NCBI RefSeq assembly: GCF_033153115.1
Contig: NW_026889774.1
Location: forward strand, 28,830,001-28,894,000
Reading direction: 5' to 3'
Length of the DNA: 64,000 nt
From: Saccostrea echinata
Taxonomy: Eukaryota
Below, in pieces: positions 22,936 through 37,229 of the stretch; positions within the stretch are counted from its first letter, which is position 1, and each line of letters starts with the position of its first letter. Below the pieces are notes generated by a model. The model was not told the DNA's origin. It searched no databases and was given only the letters and a program-made list of their open reading frames with translations. The position numbers and the translations under genes are program-made.

Positions 22936-25929
22936 GGCATATTAGTATTTGTTATTGGAAAATAACATTATAATTTTTGATAATTCAACAAAATTATTTG
23001 ATATTAAATCATAATTGTAAAAACATTTAAATATAGCATAATGTATCACTGGTACCTGGTATCGTTCAATATTCAAGGAGTAATATTTACTATCAAATCA
23101 AAGGTGTTTCATTTCATGCAAAGATATTATGATTTATCTTTTTTGTGCCTGGTATCTGTATTCAAAACGCCAAGTTTCTTCATTCAGAAATTTCCAGACG
23201 ATGAAATGACCTAATCATGAAAAGCAATAATATTTCAAAAAACAATTATATCTACTGATTCGAAATTTAATAGAAAAAATGCAACGATTTGATAAATAAA
23301 GCATCAAAACATTAAATTGAACTTGGGATGCTTAGTTTTAAACACCGGTAATGTTTCACCAAAGTGTATGTAATTGAGAGAGATTTAGTATAAAATAATT
23401 TATTCATACCAATGAAATGGATTGAGCAGCAGGTATAAATGCCTATCATCGTTCTCTCATCAAAGTGTTCTTGTTTCAAAGACATATTGCATGCTTTTTA
23501 TGTTTTTTATACCACAATACATACTAAATGCATTTTTGTACATTATATATGGGAAAGCTTTCATGGCATTTGAATTTAGAAAAAAATATCTCACATCCAC
23601 AATCCTTTAAAATGTCTGAGATTGGACTGTATAGAAGGCGTCTTTTGTCAAAAAGAAGGAACTTAGATTGATTTGGAATCCACAGAGCTTCAACAGTAGG
23701 GGATAACTGACTCGCTGATGTCAGTTTCACACTCTCCGTCTTCACCATTACTGAAACAGACAATATATATAATATCCGCCAAAAGGGTTACTGACTCTCT
23801 ACGGAAATATATTGGGTATGATAAATATCATAAACAGCGAGGATAAACCGAATCATCGATGAGATTGATCAATATATTTTTGTATATATAATACAACGTA
23901 TATAACTGGAGTTAACTTTGAATTCAAAAATTCAACAGAGTATATGAGATCGATTTGCGTTCTTGTTGATGTATGATTATTTTTCTTCAAAATAAAAAGA
24001 CTCACGCTTGTGAAAATTACTAGTTATTTTGTTTGACATTCATATTTCAATCTAATCACAGGCATTTCATACTTACGATCTTCTTTTGCTTCCCCTGCAA
24101 GAAAAATATATTTTCAATTCTGTTGCATCTACCAATTAATAATAATAAATAGTAATTGCATTTCGTTTACTTTAAGCAAAGTAATTACTTTAATATATAT
24201 TTGAAATAAATTAACATTGGACAAAAGCTAAAATAAAATCTGTTTCGAAATGTAAAAATGCTTGTTTGTTTATCCTTCAAGTTCAAATTCAATTGTTGTA
24301 AATAGTTTTGTTTTCCTGTTATAAAATACTTGGGGGAAAATGAAGGGGTTAATTCTAAGTAATACTAATTATTTGATCTGTTATCGTGAACTTCCTTCTC
24401 AAGATATATATTTTCTTATAAAAGATCGAGAAAAGCATTATTTAGTCTTATTCTTGATTTAATAAAATATAGGACTGATACATGTATTATATCTCAACGC
24501 ATTAATTTGAATAAACTGCATTTTCACTTCAACCGATACTCCTCTTTAAGGAAATTGGTGAAAAGAGAAATTAACCTATGTCCAATTTCAATTTTGAATT
24601 TGAAAAAAAAATAATGTACCATAGTGATTGCTTTTCCTATTGGCAAAGTCCTAAATAATTCCAGAACATCTCCATGGCATAGATATGGTTATTCCAAAAG
24701 TTGTGTGGAATTCAGACTTACAAGAATATCTTTTTCTCTATAAAAGGGTTTTTTTTTTTTTTAAATCCATTAAAAAATTATTGATACATAAATAAACGTT
24801 TTTGACAATAAACATTCAATGAATGTAAAACGTGTACAGCACATATATAGAATGTATGGTTCCTGTCTTTAAATACTAGAATAATAGGGTGATAAGATAA
24901 GCGACATCTTGGCGAGGTTAAGGAAATTAAGCCGAGCTCTCTTTTTATTTTTTACCCAAGCCCAAACATTGCTTCTATTTCAAGAAAGTTATCTTGTTTT
25001 TGTTTATTCTGCAACATATATAGTTTTACATTTGACCTCCAAAATCAGTTACATCTGTCGTTGATATTATGACGTCATGGCGTAAACAATGCAATATAGA
25101 TGTCGCCACAATGCTTTTAAAGACGTCAGAATGCACGAGGTTTACATTCTGGCATTGATCGAATATAGTTTTAGTTTAATGAGTTGCCTTTATTCGATCA
25201 ATTCAAGCGGTGGTTGCAGTATATTTCGTATATACGAGGATAATACGAGAGTTGATCAACCAACATACTTATACAAAAAAATATCCCAGGAATTTAAGAA
25301 ATCAAATACTTTAAATTAATCTCAAACGTACTTCACATCAAGGGATTTTGCAAGAATACCATTCTCGTCTAGATTACAAAATGTGTGAAGATTCGTCCCA
25401 TCTTTCCGGGAGGTTGTACGCAGAAATCCTCCTAAAGGATCTCCATCAACAGTGAAATCACAACGATTTCAGATACCAGCAGCGTCTCATCAATCTGAAA
25501 AAGTGATACAGAGGTTTCAATGAATTCTGTTTATCAGTTTTTAAAAAAAAATAAAATTCGACGAACAAAGTTGCTATGGTTACTGATTTAAAATTTAAAA
25601 AGAATATATGAAATTCTTTTAAAACGCTCCTATAGTTTTGATCCAATTTTAATAAACCTTGGTATATGTATAAAGAAAGATTTTTTTCTCCTTGTTTTTA
25701 TTTATTTATTTGTTTTATTTGGTTTATCCAACTCTTGTGTTGCAATGGCTAAGTTTTGTGAAATCAATCAATGATTAATTAAGCTTAGAAAGTCTAACAA
25801 GCCCTTGTGCTTTCGATCACATTTGGCTTTCGAGGAGATTTCTCCATGGTTAATTTTTCAAATGTGGAGAACCCTGCAAGTCTTATATCAAACTGTTAGA
25901 ATTTCAATGCTCCCTAACTCTGATCCTTT

Positions 25930-26960
25930 ATTGTATATTCCTATGAAGCACAATTTATTCAAAAACTTCTAATTGAGAAGAAGAAAAGATTTGCTGGCCC
26001 TCAGCTCGACATTCAGATATATCGACGACGTTTAATGAATTAACAATTATTACTTCCATTCATATGTCGGTTCCATCTATCCCAGTGACTTTTAAGAAAA
26101 ACACCAAAGAGTCTGGCAAATTTATTTCATATTTGGATGTTTTACCGACTATAGACGATACGGGCTAACCAACCTCTACACTGAATTACAAACGAGATGT
26201 TTCCGTTTTTCCATCATCAACTTCCCTAATTTATAAAGTAATAAACCGTTATCATCCGTATATGGTGTTTATATCCCCCAACTTATTCGATATTCAACAG
26301 TATGCTCTGAATACGATCAATTCTTAAGCTGAGGCAGGCTATTGACAGATAAGTTGATGTTACAAGGATTTAAACAACCTTGTTTAAACTCTGCATTTCG
26401 TAAATTCTATGGTCGTTATAATGACCTTCTTAACAAATATAACCGTATTTTGGCTTTAGTGTGTTATACCATTTGTTAGCCTTTGTTTTTATACTTAATT
26501 CCAATACGGAATGTTTCGTCTACCTAGTCAATACATAGGGTTGACGGCGGGTGTGTCAGGTCGACAGGGGATGCTTAAACCTCATAGGTATTTGATTCCA
26601 CCCATGGAATTTCCAGGGGACCGTGATCTATGCCCTGCTTACAGATTTGTAATGTTTGTGGGTTTTTTTTTTTTTTTTTAAATATGGATTACTGTTTTTT
26701 TTTATCTTCACCCTTTTCATGTTTCATGCCAATTGTAAGGTCATTGTTTATATTCTAATTTATACTAAGTACTCGGTCTACCTGACAGATACATAGAGCT
26801 TAAGGCGGGGGTGACCGATCGAAAATGGATACTTTCTCCTAGGCACTTATCTCACCTCTGTTGTTTCAAGGGTCCATGTTTTTGCCGTGTTCGCGATTTG
26901 TATTCTTCACTGGATTTATGATATTGGTCGCTTTTCGTTATCTGCAACATTTACATTTAT
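25930..26960 (+). mobile_element. Naiad-like Penelope RT 3' fragment with a second tandem 3' tail
   Basis: Remnants FRYIDDV, IINFP..PLSSVYGVYIPQLIRY and FRKFYGRYNDLL. Tails at about 26540-26720 and 26795-26960. Confidence 0.8.
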
Positions 26961-27574
26961 AGGACGTCTTATAAACGTCATAAACAGACTTCTAAATTAA
27001 AAAAAGAGGTACAGGGGCAGGCTCAGAATTTCAGTTGGGGGCTGAGAAATATTTTTAGATGCTAGAACAAAATAACATATATAAAGGATTTTTCAAGTTA
27101 AAAGAAAACTTTTGCTGTTAAAATAATAAAGATGTGTTAAAAGGCATTGAAACTTAGTCTTAGTTGCCTTATTTCCTAAAACATCTTATTGAAGTACTAG
27201 TATTTCATACAAACAATATCTGATGATGTTTCACTAAAAATCGACGATCATCTTTTAACCTATGAATAATATCCTTCTTCTTCATGCTCAGAGCTTTTTG
27301 AAAAAAATATTTCAGACAATTAAAGTTACTATAACAGTAATAAAATGTCTTCAAATATTTGGTATCAAGTAGACGATAACTGGCATATGTCTTGGAAATA
27401 GCCAATGGTTTAAACCACTTCTCCTGTATTATTGATTGTCTGAAATCAAGCTTTATCAACGTCACGCTGATTATGCAAGAGTGCAAAATCCTATGTTTTA
27501 TAATTTGATACTCTCCTAAGAGGACTAACTCTGAATGAAATAAATAATTATTCCTTTATAGATTTATCAAGTTG

Positions 27575-27865
27575 AATGGAATATGGACACAACGAGCATT
27601 ATTCAAGCTCAAAGTCCATTTAAACAATACAAATCGGGAGCGAAGCAAACACGGAGCTCCAAAAACATTGAAGACTGGATCAGGTCCCATGGAGGAATGA
27701 GCATCCCCTGTCGATCAGTCACTCCCGCCATGTGCTCATTGTCATGATCGGGAAAAACGGAAAAATCCATAGACAATTCAGTGTGTAAATAATGGCCTAA
27801 CAATGAGTATGAAAAACGTCAGTCAGGATTTGACTCAATGATAGGTTGTATTTGCTGACAAGGTA
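27575..27865 (-). mobile_element. Naiad-like 3' fragment
   Basis: Family tail GGATCAGGTCCCATGGAGGAATGAGCATCCCCTGTCGA. Confidence 0.75.
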
Positions 27866-28394
27866 TCGATCTTAAGAAAAAAAAATTAAATTTGAAATTA
27901 GAAATTGAAATAATGTTTTAGTCCAATTTTGCTCCCCCCCCCCCCCCAGGTTATGCAAAAATCGTTTGTATTTTACTTTAAAATAAATTTCTTTTAGAAA
28001 ACCATAAGCGTTAAAACAACATTTTATATGACTGAGCAGAGGGCTTAAGACCTTTAATCCTTTTCAATGTACTTTTTCATGCACATTTTAATTTCATTAC
28101 AGTTTTCCTCCTAAATTAGAACCGATAAGTACACTAGTAACCCAATCTTTGTGCCAAAACCCGTGAAAATACTCAGCAGCAAGCACACAAAAACTCGACA
28201 TTGCTTCATTTTTTTTTTAAATGTTGATACATAATTCTTATTTTGTAAAGAGTGCTTCGGTGGTTTTGCAAAAAGCCTTTGCCCTAAGACCCACCTCAGG
28301 AGTTTCATCTAAGTAATGTATTCTTGTGGTAAACATGATCTAATAATCATATCGCCTATGCTTTTGTGCTTGCTATAATGTAAAAAGGTAATGT

Positions 28395-28770
28395 AAAAGG
28401 TGAAGATAACGGAGTTATTAGTCTCATAAATCCATTAAACAAAATCAATCGTGAACAGTGCAAAATCACAGACGGGATCAGGAACCTAGGAGGAGTAAGC
28501 ATCCCGACAGGTCACCCACGCCGTAAACCCTATGAATTGATCAGGGAGGGAGAATTCAGTAGTCAAATTTAGTATAAAAGCCAATGGCCAAACAAATGGT
28601 ATAAAACATGTCAGACAAAATAACACCCAACGATAGATTGACAGGGCCATTATAACGACCGTAGAATTTTGCAAAAAGTTGACTTTAAATGGGGTCGTTG
28701 AAATCATTGTAACATCAACTTACTGTCAGTAGCTTGCCTCGGTATAAAGACTGAGCGTATTCCGAGCATG
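28395..28770 (-). mobile_element. Naiad-like 3' fragment (CCTAGG subfamily)
   Basis: GGGATCAGGAACCTAGGAGGAGTAAGCATCC tail. Confidence 0.7.
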
Positions 28771-29044
28771 AAATTCATTCCAATCTCTTTATTCTCGGGT
28801 AACCTTTTGAAACCATATTTATTTTTCTTTCTTTTTTAGTGTTTCCATTTTATCTGCTCAAATTGTGTCTCTGTGGTTATTTACTATTATATAAATAATT
28901 GAATTGTAATTAAAATGTAATAAAAATTGGTTTTGAGTGTCGGGCCCTGAACAAACGAGTTTGGAGACTGACATAATTTTTCTAAATTTGAAATTGAAAA
29001 TAGCTATACCGATCTTTTGTATGATTTTGATTTAATAGCTTAGT

Positions 29045-30065
29045 TTACTCAATTTGGTCAAGAGGATCTGGAGGAAGAAAGAAATGACGATGTTTGTGAT
29101 TAGCTAGAATTATATAAACTAAGAATGACGATATAACCTTTATGTATATTTTTTCCGTTAGATAACTCAAAATACACATGTCATGTCTTGTTTGATAAAC
29201 TGCTAGTATCAAAAAACTTCCTCCTATCAAGTGTAGACATTTATCTAGAAAAAAATCGAAGGAGCACCAATTGCGCCCCGTTATTAGCAGACCTTTTCTA
29301 AGGCCCGTATTCATATGAAGCAGAATTTATTAAAAAACTTCTACATGAGTAGAATTAAACATTTGCTGTAGTCTTCAACTCGACATTTCGATATATTGAA
29401 GACGTATATCAATTAACAATAGTTACTTCCATTCATATGTCGACTCGATATATATACCAGTGAGCTTGAAGTTAAAGATACAACATAGTTTGACACATCT
29501 GTTTCATATTTAGAAATTTCACTAGGAAAAAAAGTGAATGGTAACCTAACAACAAAACTTTATGATAAACGTGGTGACTTCAACTTTTCAATCGTCAACT
29601 TCCCTTACTTATGTAGTAATATACCTTTATCACCTTCATACGGGCTTTATGTCTCTCTGTTGATTCGATACGCAAGAGCATGCTCTACGTATGAATAATT
29701 TCTAAAAGGAGGCAAGCTATTGACAAACAAGGTGATGAAACAAGGATATCAACAGTCTTGTTTTAAGTCATCATTTCGCAAGTTTTATGGTCGATACAAT
29801 GACCTTGTCAGCACATACAACCTATCATTCAGTCAAATGCTGACTGACGTTTTTTCATACTAAACTGTCTACGGATTTTTCCGTTTTTTTTTTTTTGCGA
29901 TCATAAGGAGCACACAGCGGGTGTGATCGGTCGACAGGGGATGTTCACTCCTCCATGGCACCTGGTCCCACCTCTAAATTGTGAGGTCCGTGTTTGCTCT
30001 GCTCCAAATTTGTATCGTGTCATTGGACTTTCGAAATTGAATACTGATTGTTATCTTCATATTTT
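29045..30065 (+). mobile_element. Naiad-like RT 3' fragment with apparent inverted 5' segment
   Basis: TNCAP/LLADL, FNSTFRYIED, KLYDKRGDFNFSIVNFPYLCSNIPLSPSYGLYVSLLIRYARACS, followed by the family tail. Confidence 0.85.
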
Positions 30066-33000
30066 ATTTTATGTCATACCTTCTTTCTTTTAACATTCTT
30101 TTTTTATAATTTTGTTTTCAATTGTTTTCTCAATTTTTATTGTTATTTGCTTCCCATTATCTTTTGAGTTAGCATACACTTTCAATTATATCTTTTCATT
30201 TTATAGTTTATCAAAATCAACTTTCTATCGAGACCTCAGGCAGTTCAATGAAATACTAGTATATGGAAATAACGAACAGTATTCAAGCTCAAAAGCTCAG
30301 TACTTCACATTGAACCAAACGTGTGGTATGGTTTTGGTCAGCAACGGTAAATTGAAAATATTCTTTATTTTTCAGAACAATTTTGTTCTGAATTGCAAGA
30401 AGTACAGAGATTAAGTTTATCACTGTAACAGCATTTTAAGTGGAAAAATGTAACATTACAGGAACAAGAAATGCTAAAACATTTTCCAATGCTGCCTTTG
30501 ACATACCTACTCTGGATAAGTAATCAGGTTAAACATGTCCCTATATATTTTTTTTTCTAGGTTGATAGAACTCGAATAAAAACAATTCAGCATTCTCTTA
30601 ATTATGATTTGGATTCTGCATTTCATTGGTATTTTCTGGATGAATGATTAACAGGAAGTTTTGGTAGCAGACACATAATATCTTGACTATACGCTATAAT
30701 TCAAGAATTTATTTTAAAAAAGACAATAAAGCAACATCCTTTACTTTTGATAAAGAAATTTATCAATTTAATTCAAACTTTCTGTAAGAAATGTATTCTG
30801 GAAAAGTACTGGCCTTAGGTTAAAAAAAAAAACATAACTAACATATACTTCTTAAAACGACTGCAAATTCAATTATTTCACAGCATAAAACATGTATATA
30901 GTTAACTCATAAACTCTAGCATGTCCTCAAAGAACAGTACATAAGAATACAAATGTAAAGAAACTTAAAGTAGGAAAAATATTATGCAAATGGCAGAAAA
31001 TATAAGGTGTACATTCATCCTGTACAAACATCAACAACGAACATTTTCAACAGTACTGAGCATNNNNNNNNNNNNNNNNNNNNNNNNNNNNNNNNNNNNN
31101 NNNNNNNNNNNNNNNNNNNNNNNNNNNNNNNNNNNNNNNNNNNNNNNNNNNNNNNNNNNNNNNNNNNNNNNNNNNNNNNNNNNNNNNNNNNNNTGTGATA
31201 AAAACATAATTCTTTCATTAGAAAAATAAAAATATTTTTAATAAAATATTTAAACTTGAAATGCTTTGTACAATCATTAAGAATTTTCAAAATATTCTGA
31301 GAACTAAGCATATTCTTTCAGATTAAAAAGATTGCATTTTGTACTATTTAGTATTTATGGACGTTTCAATAAAAGCAATATTGTATTGAACCTACAGTTA
31401 AAAAGATATCACACAGAGTTAATTATTTTTCAAAAACATGTAACTTCAATATAATGCAATTGAAATTTCTTGTTCTTCGGAATATTACAAAAGAATTTCA
31501 TGGATATCCGAAGGTTTGATTTTTCACACCGGGCAGTTTGTGCGCACCATATTTATTCTGTGCTCTGGTTTGAGATCAACACCATGAGGGAGAACTTCAT
31601 AGATACCACGGTCCTCATTGTAACAAACAATCATATCTAAAAACCAATCAAGAGAACAATAATAAATAACATTTTATACAATTTTACATCACTTGGCCTC
31701 TGATAAAGTGCACTGCATCAAAAAAAATCTTTATTCTGAATAGAATTTGACAAAAAAAGTTATTCGTTAATTTTGTTGAAGATATATCAAAATGCATATT
31801 ACATGTATATATGTACACTTGACGATTCTTATTAATGTTTGCCATGTGCTGAAAAGATGGAGACTTATAATCTGTTGATATTAACGTACACATCCCCTTC
31901 ACTGGATACAGAATTTTACAAAAATAATTTATGTGAAATGTTATGGCAGGTGAAGATAATAATTAAATATCTTCTTTTCAAGAATAAGGAAGTTCTTGAA
32001 AAATTTTATTTGGTATGTACATTATTTTATTTCGCTTGTTTAGAGTATTCCAGAATCATGGTTGACAAACCCTCCTTTTCTTTACATTGTATTCCGTTTC
32101 AATAAAATTCCCTTCCTTAAAAAAATCAATCTTCCTGGATTCAAAAATATAGGAAAAATGATTGGCAAAAACAGGCTTGCAGAATATAGGGATTAAAAAG
32201 AGAAAAGGAAGAAGGAAATGTCGGCGGAATTCAGGATTTTAATTTATTTAGCTGCCGCGTGTACAATTATGTAAATCTGCTAGCAATGTACAGGGCAGCT
32301 CATCCTTTAAGGAATTAGAAGCGTTTGTTTAATCTCCATTTATGAAGTATGAACTTCCAATGATTCTGCATCGGAAGATAAGACAAGGACGGATATTGAA
32401 CATTTTTCTGCGTTATTGAATTTGCTCAAATGATTTTAAATGAAGGTCATATCACACCTTAGGTCATCAGTAATCTTTTTGTGAAGTATGGACTTCCAGT
32501 ACTTACCCATTAGAAATTTCTGGATATCATATTATACACTTTTTATGCCTATGACCTCACACTTTTCCATGTGATCTTAGGTCAAGAATATGATACTATC
32601 TGGTTATAAGCAAATTTATGTTTATAAGGTATGGCCAGGATAGGAATTCTACATTATTATAAAAGTAACATTGAACTTGTTCAAATGACATTGAATTAAG
32701 GTAACTACACACCTTCAAATCATAAGCCATCTTTAAATATGAGTTTCCAACGTTTCTTTATTACAAGGGCATGGAATGGATGGACAGACAAAGTGATTCT
32801 TATATAACTCTTATCCCCCTTTTTCACGTACATCAACTTCGCTTCAGGGATATCAAAAAGAATCTAGTTGAAAATTCCCATGCAATTCCATACAAGGTTT
32901 ACAAACAAAATCGGTGTTTTATTTGCCCTTATCAGCGATTCAGAAAGTTTAAGAAGAACAACCAAGTGGCAGAGGTGGCAGTGGTAGAGCCTTAATCCTG

Positions 33001-33144
33001 GCTCAAAATTTTTTACACATTTTGACGCGAAATTCGAGGGAAAAGTTCTTGCATTTACCATTTCACAGTGTATTTCAGTTTTAACGCCCAACAAATGTCT
33101 AACTTCTACATGAATTGAAGGTTTCTTGCTATGGCCTTCAACAT

Positions 33145-33805
33145 ATAGATATATCAATTAACAATACTTATTTTCGTTCCTACATTGATTCGAGATATCC
33201 TTTTGAACTCGAAATAAAAAATGTCAGAGTGTGACACGTCTGTTTCATATTTGGATATTTAACTGTATGATATACGTGATGACTTCAGCATTCTTTTCTA
33301 TCGTCAACTTCCCTTATTTATGTAGTTATATACCATTATCACCTGCATATGGAGTTTATGTCTCCCAGTTGATTCAATACGCAAGAACATGGTCTAGGTA
33401 CGAACAATTTCTAAAACGAGGCAAGCTATTCAAAAATAAGTTGATGAAATAAGATTATCAACTGTCTCGTTTAGAATCAACATTTCGCAAATTCTATGTT
33501 TGGTACAATGACCTTGTAACTAAATACAACTATATCATCAAGTCGAATGTTGACAGACGTTACAAACTGTTAGGCCATATGCATTATTGTCACACTGAAT
33601 AGTCTACAATTTTTTTTCCGTTTGCCCGATCATGACAAGGAGAATACGGTAGGTGTATTTGGTCGACAGGGGATGCTTACTCCTCCATGACACTTGATCC
33701 CACCTCTGATCGACGTTTTCAGGGGTCCATGTGTCCTCTGCTCCAAATTTGTATTGTTTCAATGGACTATAGAGCTTGATTACTGTTCGTTATTTTCAGA
33801 TTTCA
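33145..33805 (+). mobile_element. Naiad-like RT 3' fragment
   Basis: FSIVNFPYLCSYIPLSPAYGVYVSQLIQYART plus the family tail. Confidence 0.85.
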
Positions 33806-35696
33806 TTCTGTGATCTGAGAAATGTCGTCCTTATTTCTCAATGCTCACTGAAATAAGATTAAAAGACCATCTTTTCAGCTAAGATGATTTTTTTTTCATT
33901 TGTTTTCACTAAGAAATATTTATGGAACAAGGCAAAGGCAAATATCAACTCCTATAGGCTGCTTAAAGTATATTATCGTATTTATCTATTTATGATTAAA
34001 GCTTGAAGATAATTTACAATGAATAAATCGCATACAACAGAACTACCAAAGATCAACAAAAGTGTTGATACGGACAAAGGAACACGTACATGAAAAGACA
34101 TCACCAATCCAGTCCCTTGGTAAAGCTTGTGTCAACATTGCCAGAAAAAAGAACCAAGTGGTACAAATTACAAGTCCGAGCAATATGTATCGCTGCTTTA
34201 GCAGCAATTACTTCATAACATGAAAGACGCGTGGTGTACAAAAATATGCAAAATACAAGTTTTTTTTAGAGTCGTATAAAGAAAACCAGTGTAATAAGAG
34301 GCAGTAGACCTAGTTCTTACTTTTTCGTCCGGAGAGTTTTAAAAGTACAAGGCCGCCTCTTTCCTCTTTTTGGAACAGGGTTAATCCTTTGTCCGATCCA
34401 TCCTTCAATAATCCAAACAATTTTTTGTTACATTTTAGTGAATGTAAAATAATTAAAGTATCAAAGGTTACAATTACAAAGAAAAACTACTATCTTTCCT
34501 TTTTCATTAATCTTTTATGATTAGTAATAAGTACTTTTATTGTAAATTATTTTGCGAATAGAATACTTGTCATCGATTTTTTAAATAATACTATTGGTAC
34601 TTAGTATAAGTTCAAGAATGTTATAATACAATTAAAATAAAATTATAAATAAGAATATAACTTTATAATATTTCAAAAAAAAATTATATTACAAAAATCA
34701 CATCAAGAGTATTTCCTTACTTAGTATTGGGTCAATAATGTTATAATACAATTAAAATAACATTATAAATAACATTAGAATTCTATAATAGTTCAAAGAA
34801 TTTATACAATATTACATATAAAATGTAAAATCATTTAAATATAGCATATATATTTGTACTTGTTATAGTTTAATATTCAAGGAGTAATATTTACAATTAA
34901 ATCAAGAGCGTTTCCTTTCATGCCAAGATACTTAGATTTATCTTTCTGTGCTTGATATCTGTATTCAAGGCGAAAAGTTTCTTCATTCAGGACTCTCCTG
35001 ACGATGAAATGACCTAATCATGAAAGGCATTAATATTTCAAAAAATAATTATGTCTACTGATTTAGCGTTTCATAGAAAAATGCAACGTTTTGATAAATC
35101 AAACATCTAAATAATAATTGAAATTAAGATGCTTAGTTTTAAACACCGGTGATGTTTCTCCAGCTAGAGTGTGTTTAATTTTAGAAAATGAAAGAGATTC
35201 ACTAAAGTGTTTTTGTTTTGTTTCAAAGGCATATTGCATGCTTTTTTTATGTTTGATATACCGCAATACATGTACATACAAAGTATTCTTTGTACGTAAT
35301 ATATATGGGAAATCTTTCATGACATTACATGTAGAAAAGAGAGAAAAAATGCCATACATCTACAGTCCTTTAAGAAATTAGAGACTGGACTGTATAGAAG
35401 GCGTCCTTTGTCAAGAAGAAGGAACTTTGATTGATTTGGAATCCTCAGAGCTTCAACACTAGGGGATAACTGACTCGCTGATGTCAGTTTGACACACTCT
35501 GTCTTCACCATAACTGAAACAGACAGTATATCATATCTGCCAAAATGTTACTGACTCTCTACGGGAATATATCGGGTAGATAAAAATCATAAACAGCCAG
35601 GCAAAGCCGAAACATCGATGAAATTGATCAATATATTTCCGTATATATAATACAACGTATGTATCTGGATTTAATGCTATATATGGCGTATCTGAG

Positions 35697-35732
<36 letters not shown>

Positions 35733-36366
35733 AAGATTGAGTGTACTAGATAAACAAGATATATGTTATTTACATATCTAATTTTTTAAATTAAGATTTT
35801 CACCGATTTTGAACTTGAATAACTTCATGTTTCCATAGTTAAATTGACTTTAAACTGTGTCTATCATTTAAATGCGGAGTCGGTAAATAAATCGGTTATT
35901 GTTTTAAATTTCTAATATCTTTGAAACGTGATTGATTTAAATTGTGTAATTTACAGGTAAGTCCTATCTTTTTATAAAGTAATAAACAAATATAAAGATC
36001 ATTTTAATTTTAGCAAGTCTAAACTTGAAAAAAATATGCCATATAAGACTTTAACTTGGAATTAAAAAATTCAACGGTGTATATGAGGTCGTTATGCATT
36101 CTTATTGATGAATGAAATAATGCTAAAACCTTTTACTTCAAAATAAAAAGGACACACGCCTCTTGTCAGTGGAAGAATGCACATTACTAGTTATTTTGTT
36201 TGAGATTTCTTTTTTCAATCTAATCACAGGCATTTCATACTTACGATCTTCTTTTGCTTCCCCTGCAAGAAAAATATATTTTCAATTCTGTCGCATCTAC
36301 ATGTACCCAATAACATTAACTAATAGTAATTGCATTTCGTTTACTTTAAGCAAAGTATAAATACAT

Positions 36367-37229
36367 TAACATTTATTATATGATTGAATAATTTCTATCT
36401 CTCTGATTGGCTGAGGTCCAACAAAGTAAAAAAAAAAACTACTTTATATTCACCTGCACGTGACCTTCCAGGTAAATATAAGGATTTATTTTCTACATTG
36501 GTCCAAAAATAGATCTGGAAATTCCAAATTGATACAAATAGGTTTGGAAAGCTTTTTCACTTGCTACTGACTTCCATTCAGGTGAACATAACATTAGAAA
36601 ATATATAATTTGGAGTGGAAATGGTTGTGGGGGTTGGGTGCAGGGGACCCCCGTCCACCCGCTAAACATTTTTAACGTAAATTTTTACTTTTAATTTAGG
36701 CTAAAAATATTCATTGAAAGATTGATCCCTCACTAATGGACCTTAATCTCTCACCCTCACCCCATCCCAACCCAAGAACAAAATTTAAAGCTAAAAGAAT
36801 TCTCTTTTTGTGGGGGCTAATCAAAGATTTCTTTTAGCTGTCATTTTCCCTGATAATGCCCCCCCCCCCTTCAAAATCTATACTTTAAAAGAGGCTGACA
36901 TAATTTCTTTTTTTCATAGCAATTAAAGTAAATTTTAAAAATTCCAAATTAATACGACTGGTAATGTTTATTTAATCCCGCCTCTCTCATTGCATTTCGC
37001 TACGACTTCTGCAAATTTAAACAAGTAAGATGGCATGAACTACTTAATGAATAATGAGTTCGTATCAATAAATTATTGAATCATATAATAAAACAATTAT
37101 TGCTGTTTCTTCAGTCAATACGAAGTACAATATTGACCTCGCCCTTCGGGCTCGGTGAATATTGTACTCCTCAGGTGGCTAAAACATCATATTGACCTCA
37201 AAACAGCTATAAATAATTGTATAACATTT
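36367..37229. mobile_element. Non-autonomous Crypton-like element with terminal direct repeat and right-end hairpin
   Basis: Absent from the paralogous site at about 24185. TAACATTT at both ends (36367, 37222). Left end TTATTATATGATTGAATAATT is inverted at 37071-37091. Palindrome 37093-37220 with GCCCTTCGGGC apex. Confidence 0.7.

Larger units (their letters stand above)
20140..25500. repeat. Segmental duplicate, copy A (paralogous to about 30085-38680)
   Basis: Colinear matches 20140-20910/30085-30770, 22940-24185/34740-36357 and 24200-25500/37260-38680, e.g. GGGGATAACTGACTCGCTGATGTCAG and TTACGATCTTCTTTTGCTTCCCCTGCAAG present in both. Confidence 0.88.

Noticed and set aside
34998-35035. 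CTGACGA...GAAA hammerhead-like motif
   Set aside because: Stem II closing pair and stems I/III are not formed; the paralogous copy (about 23194) reads CAGACGA
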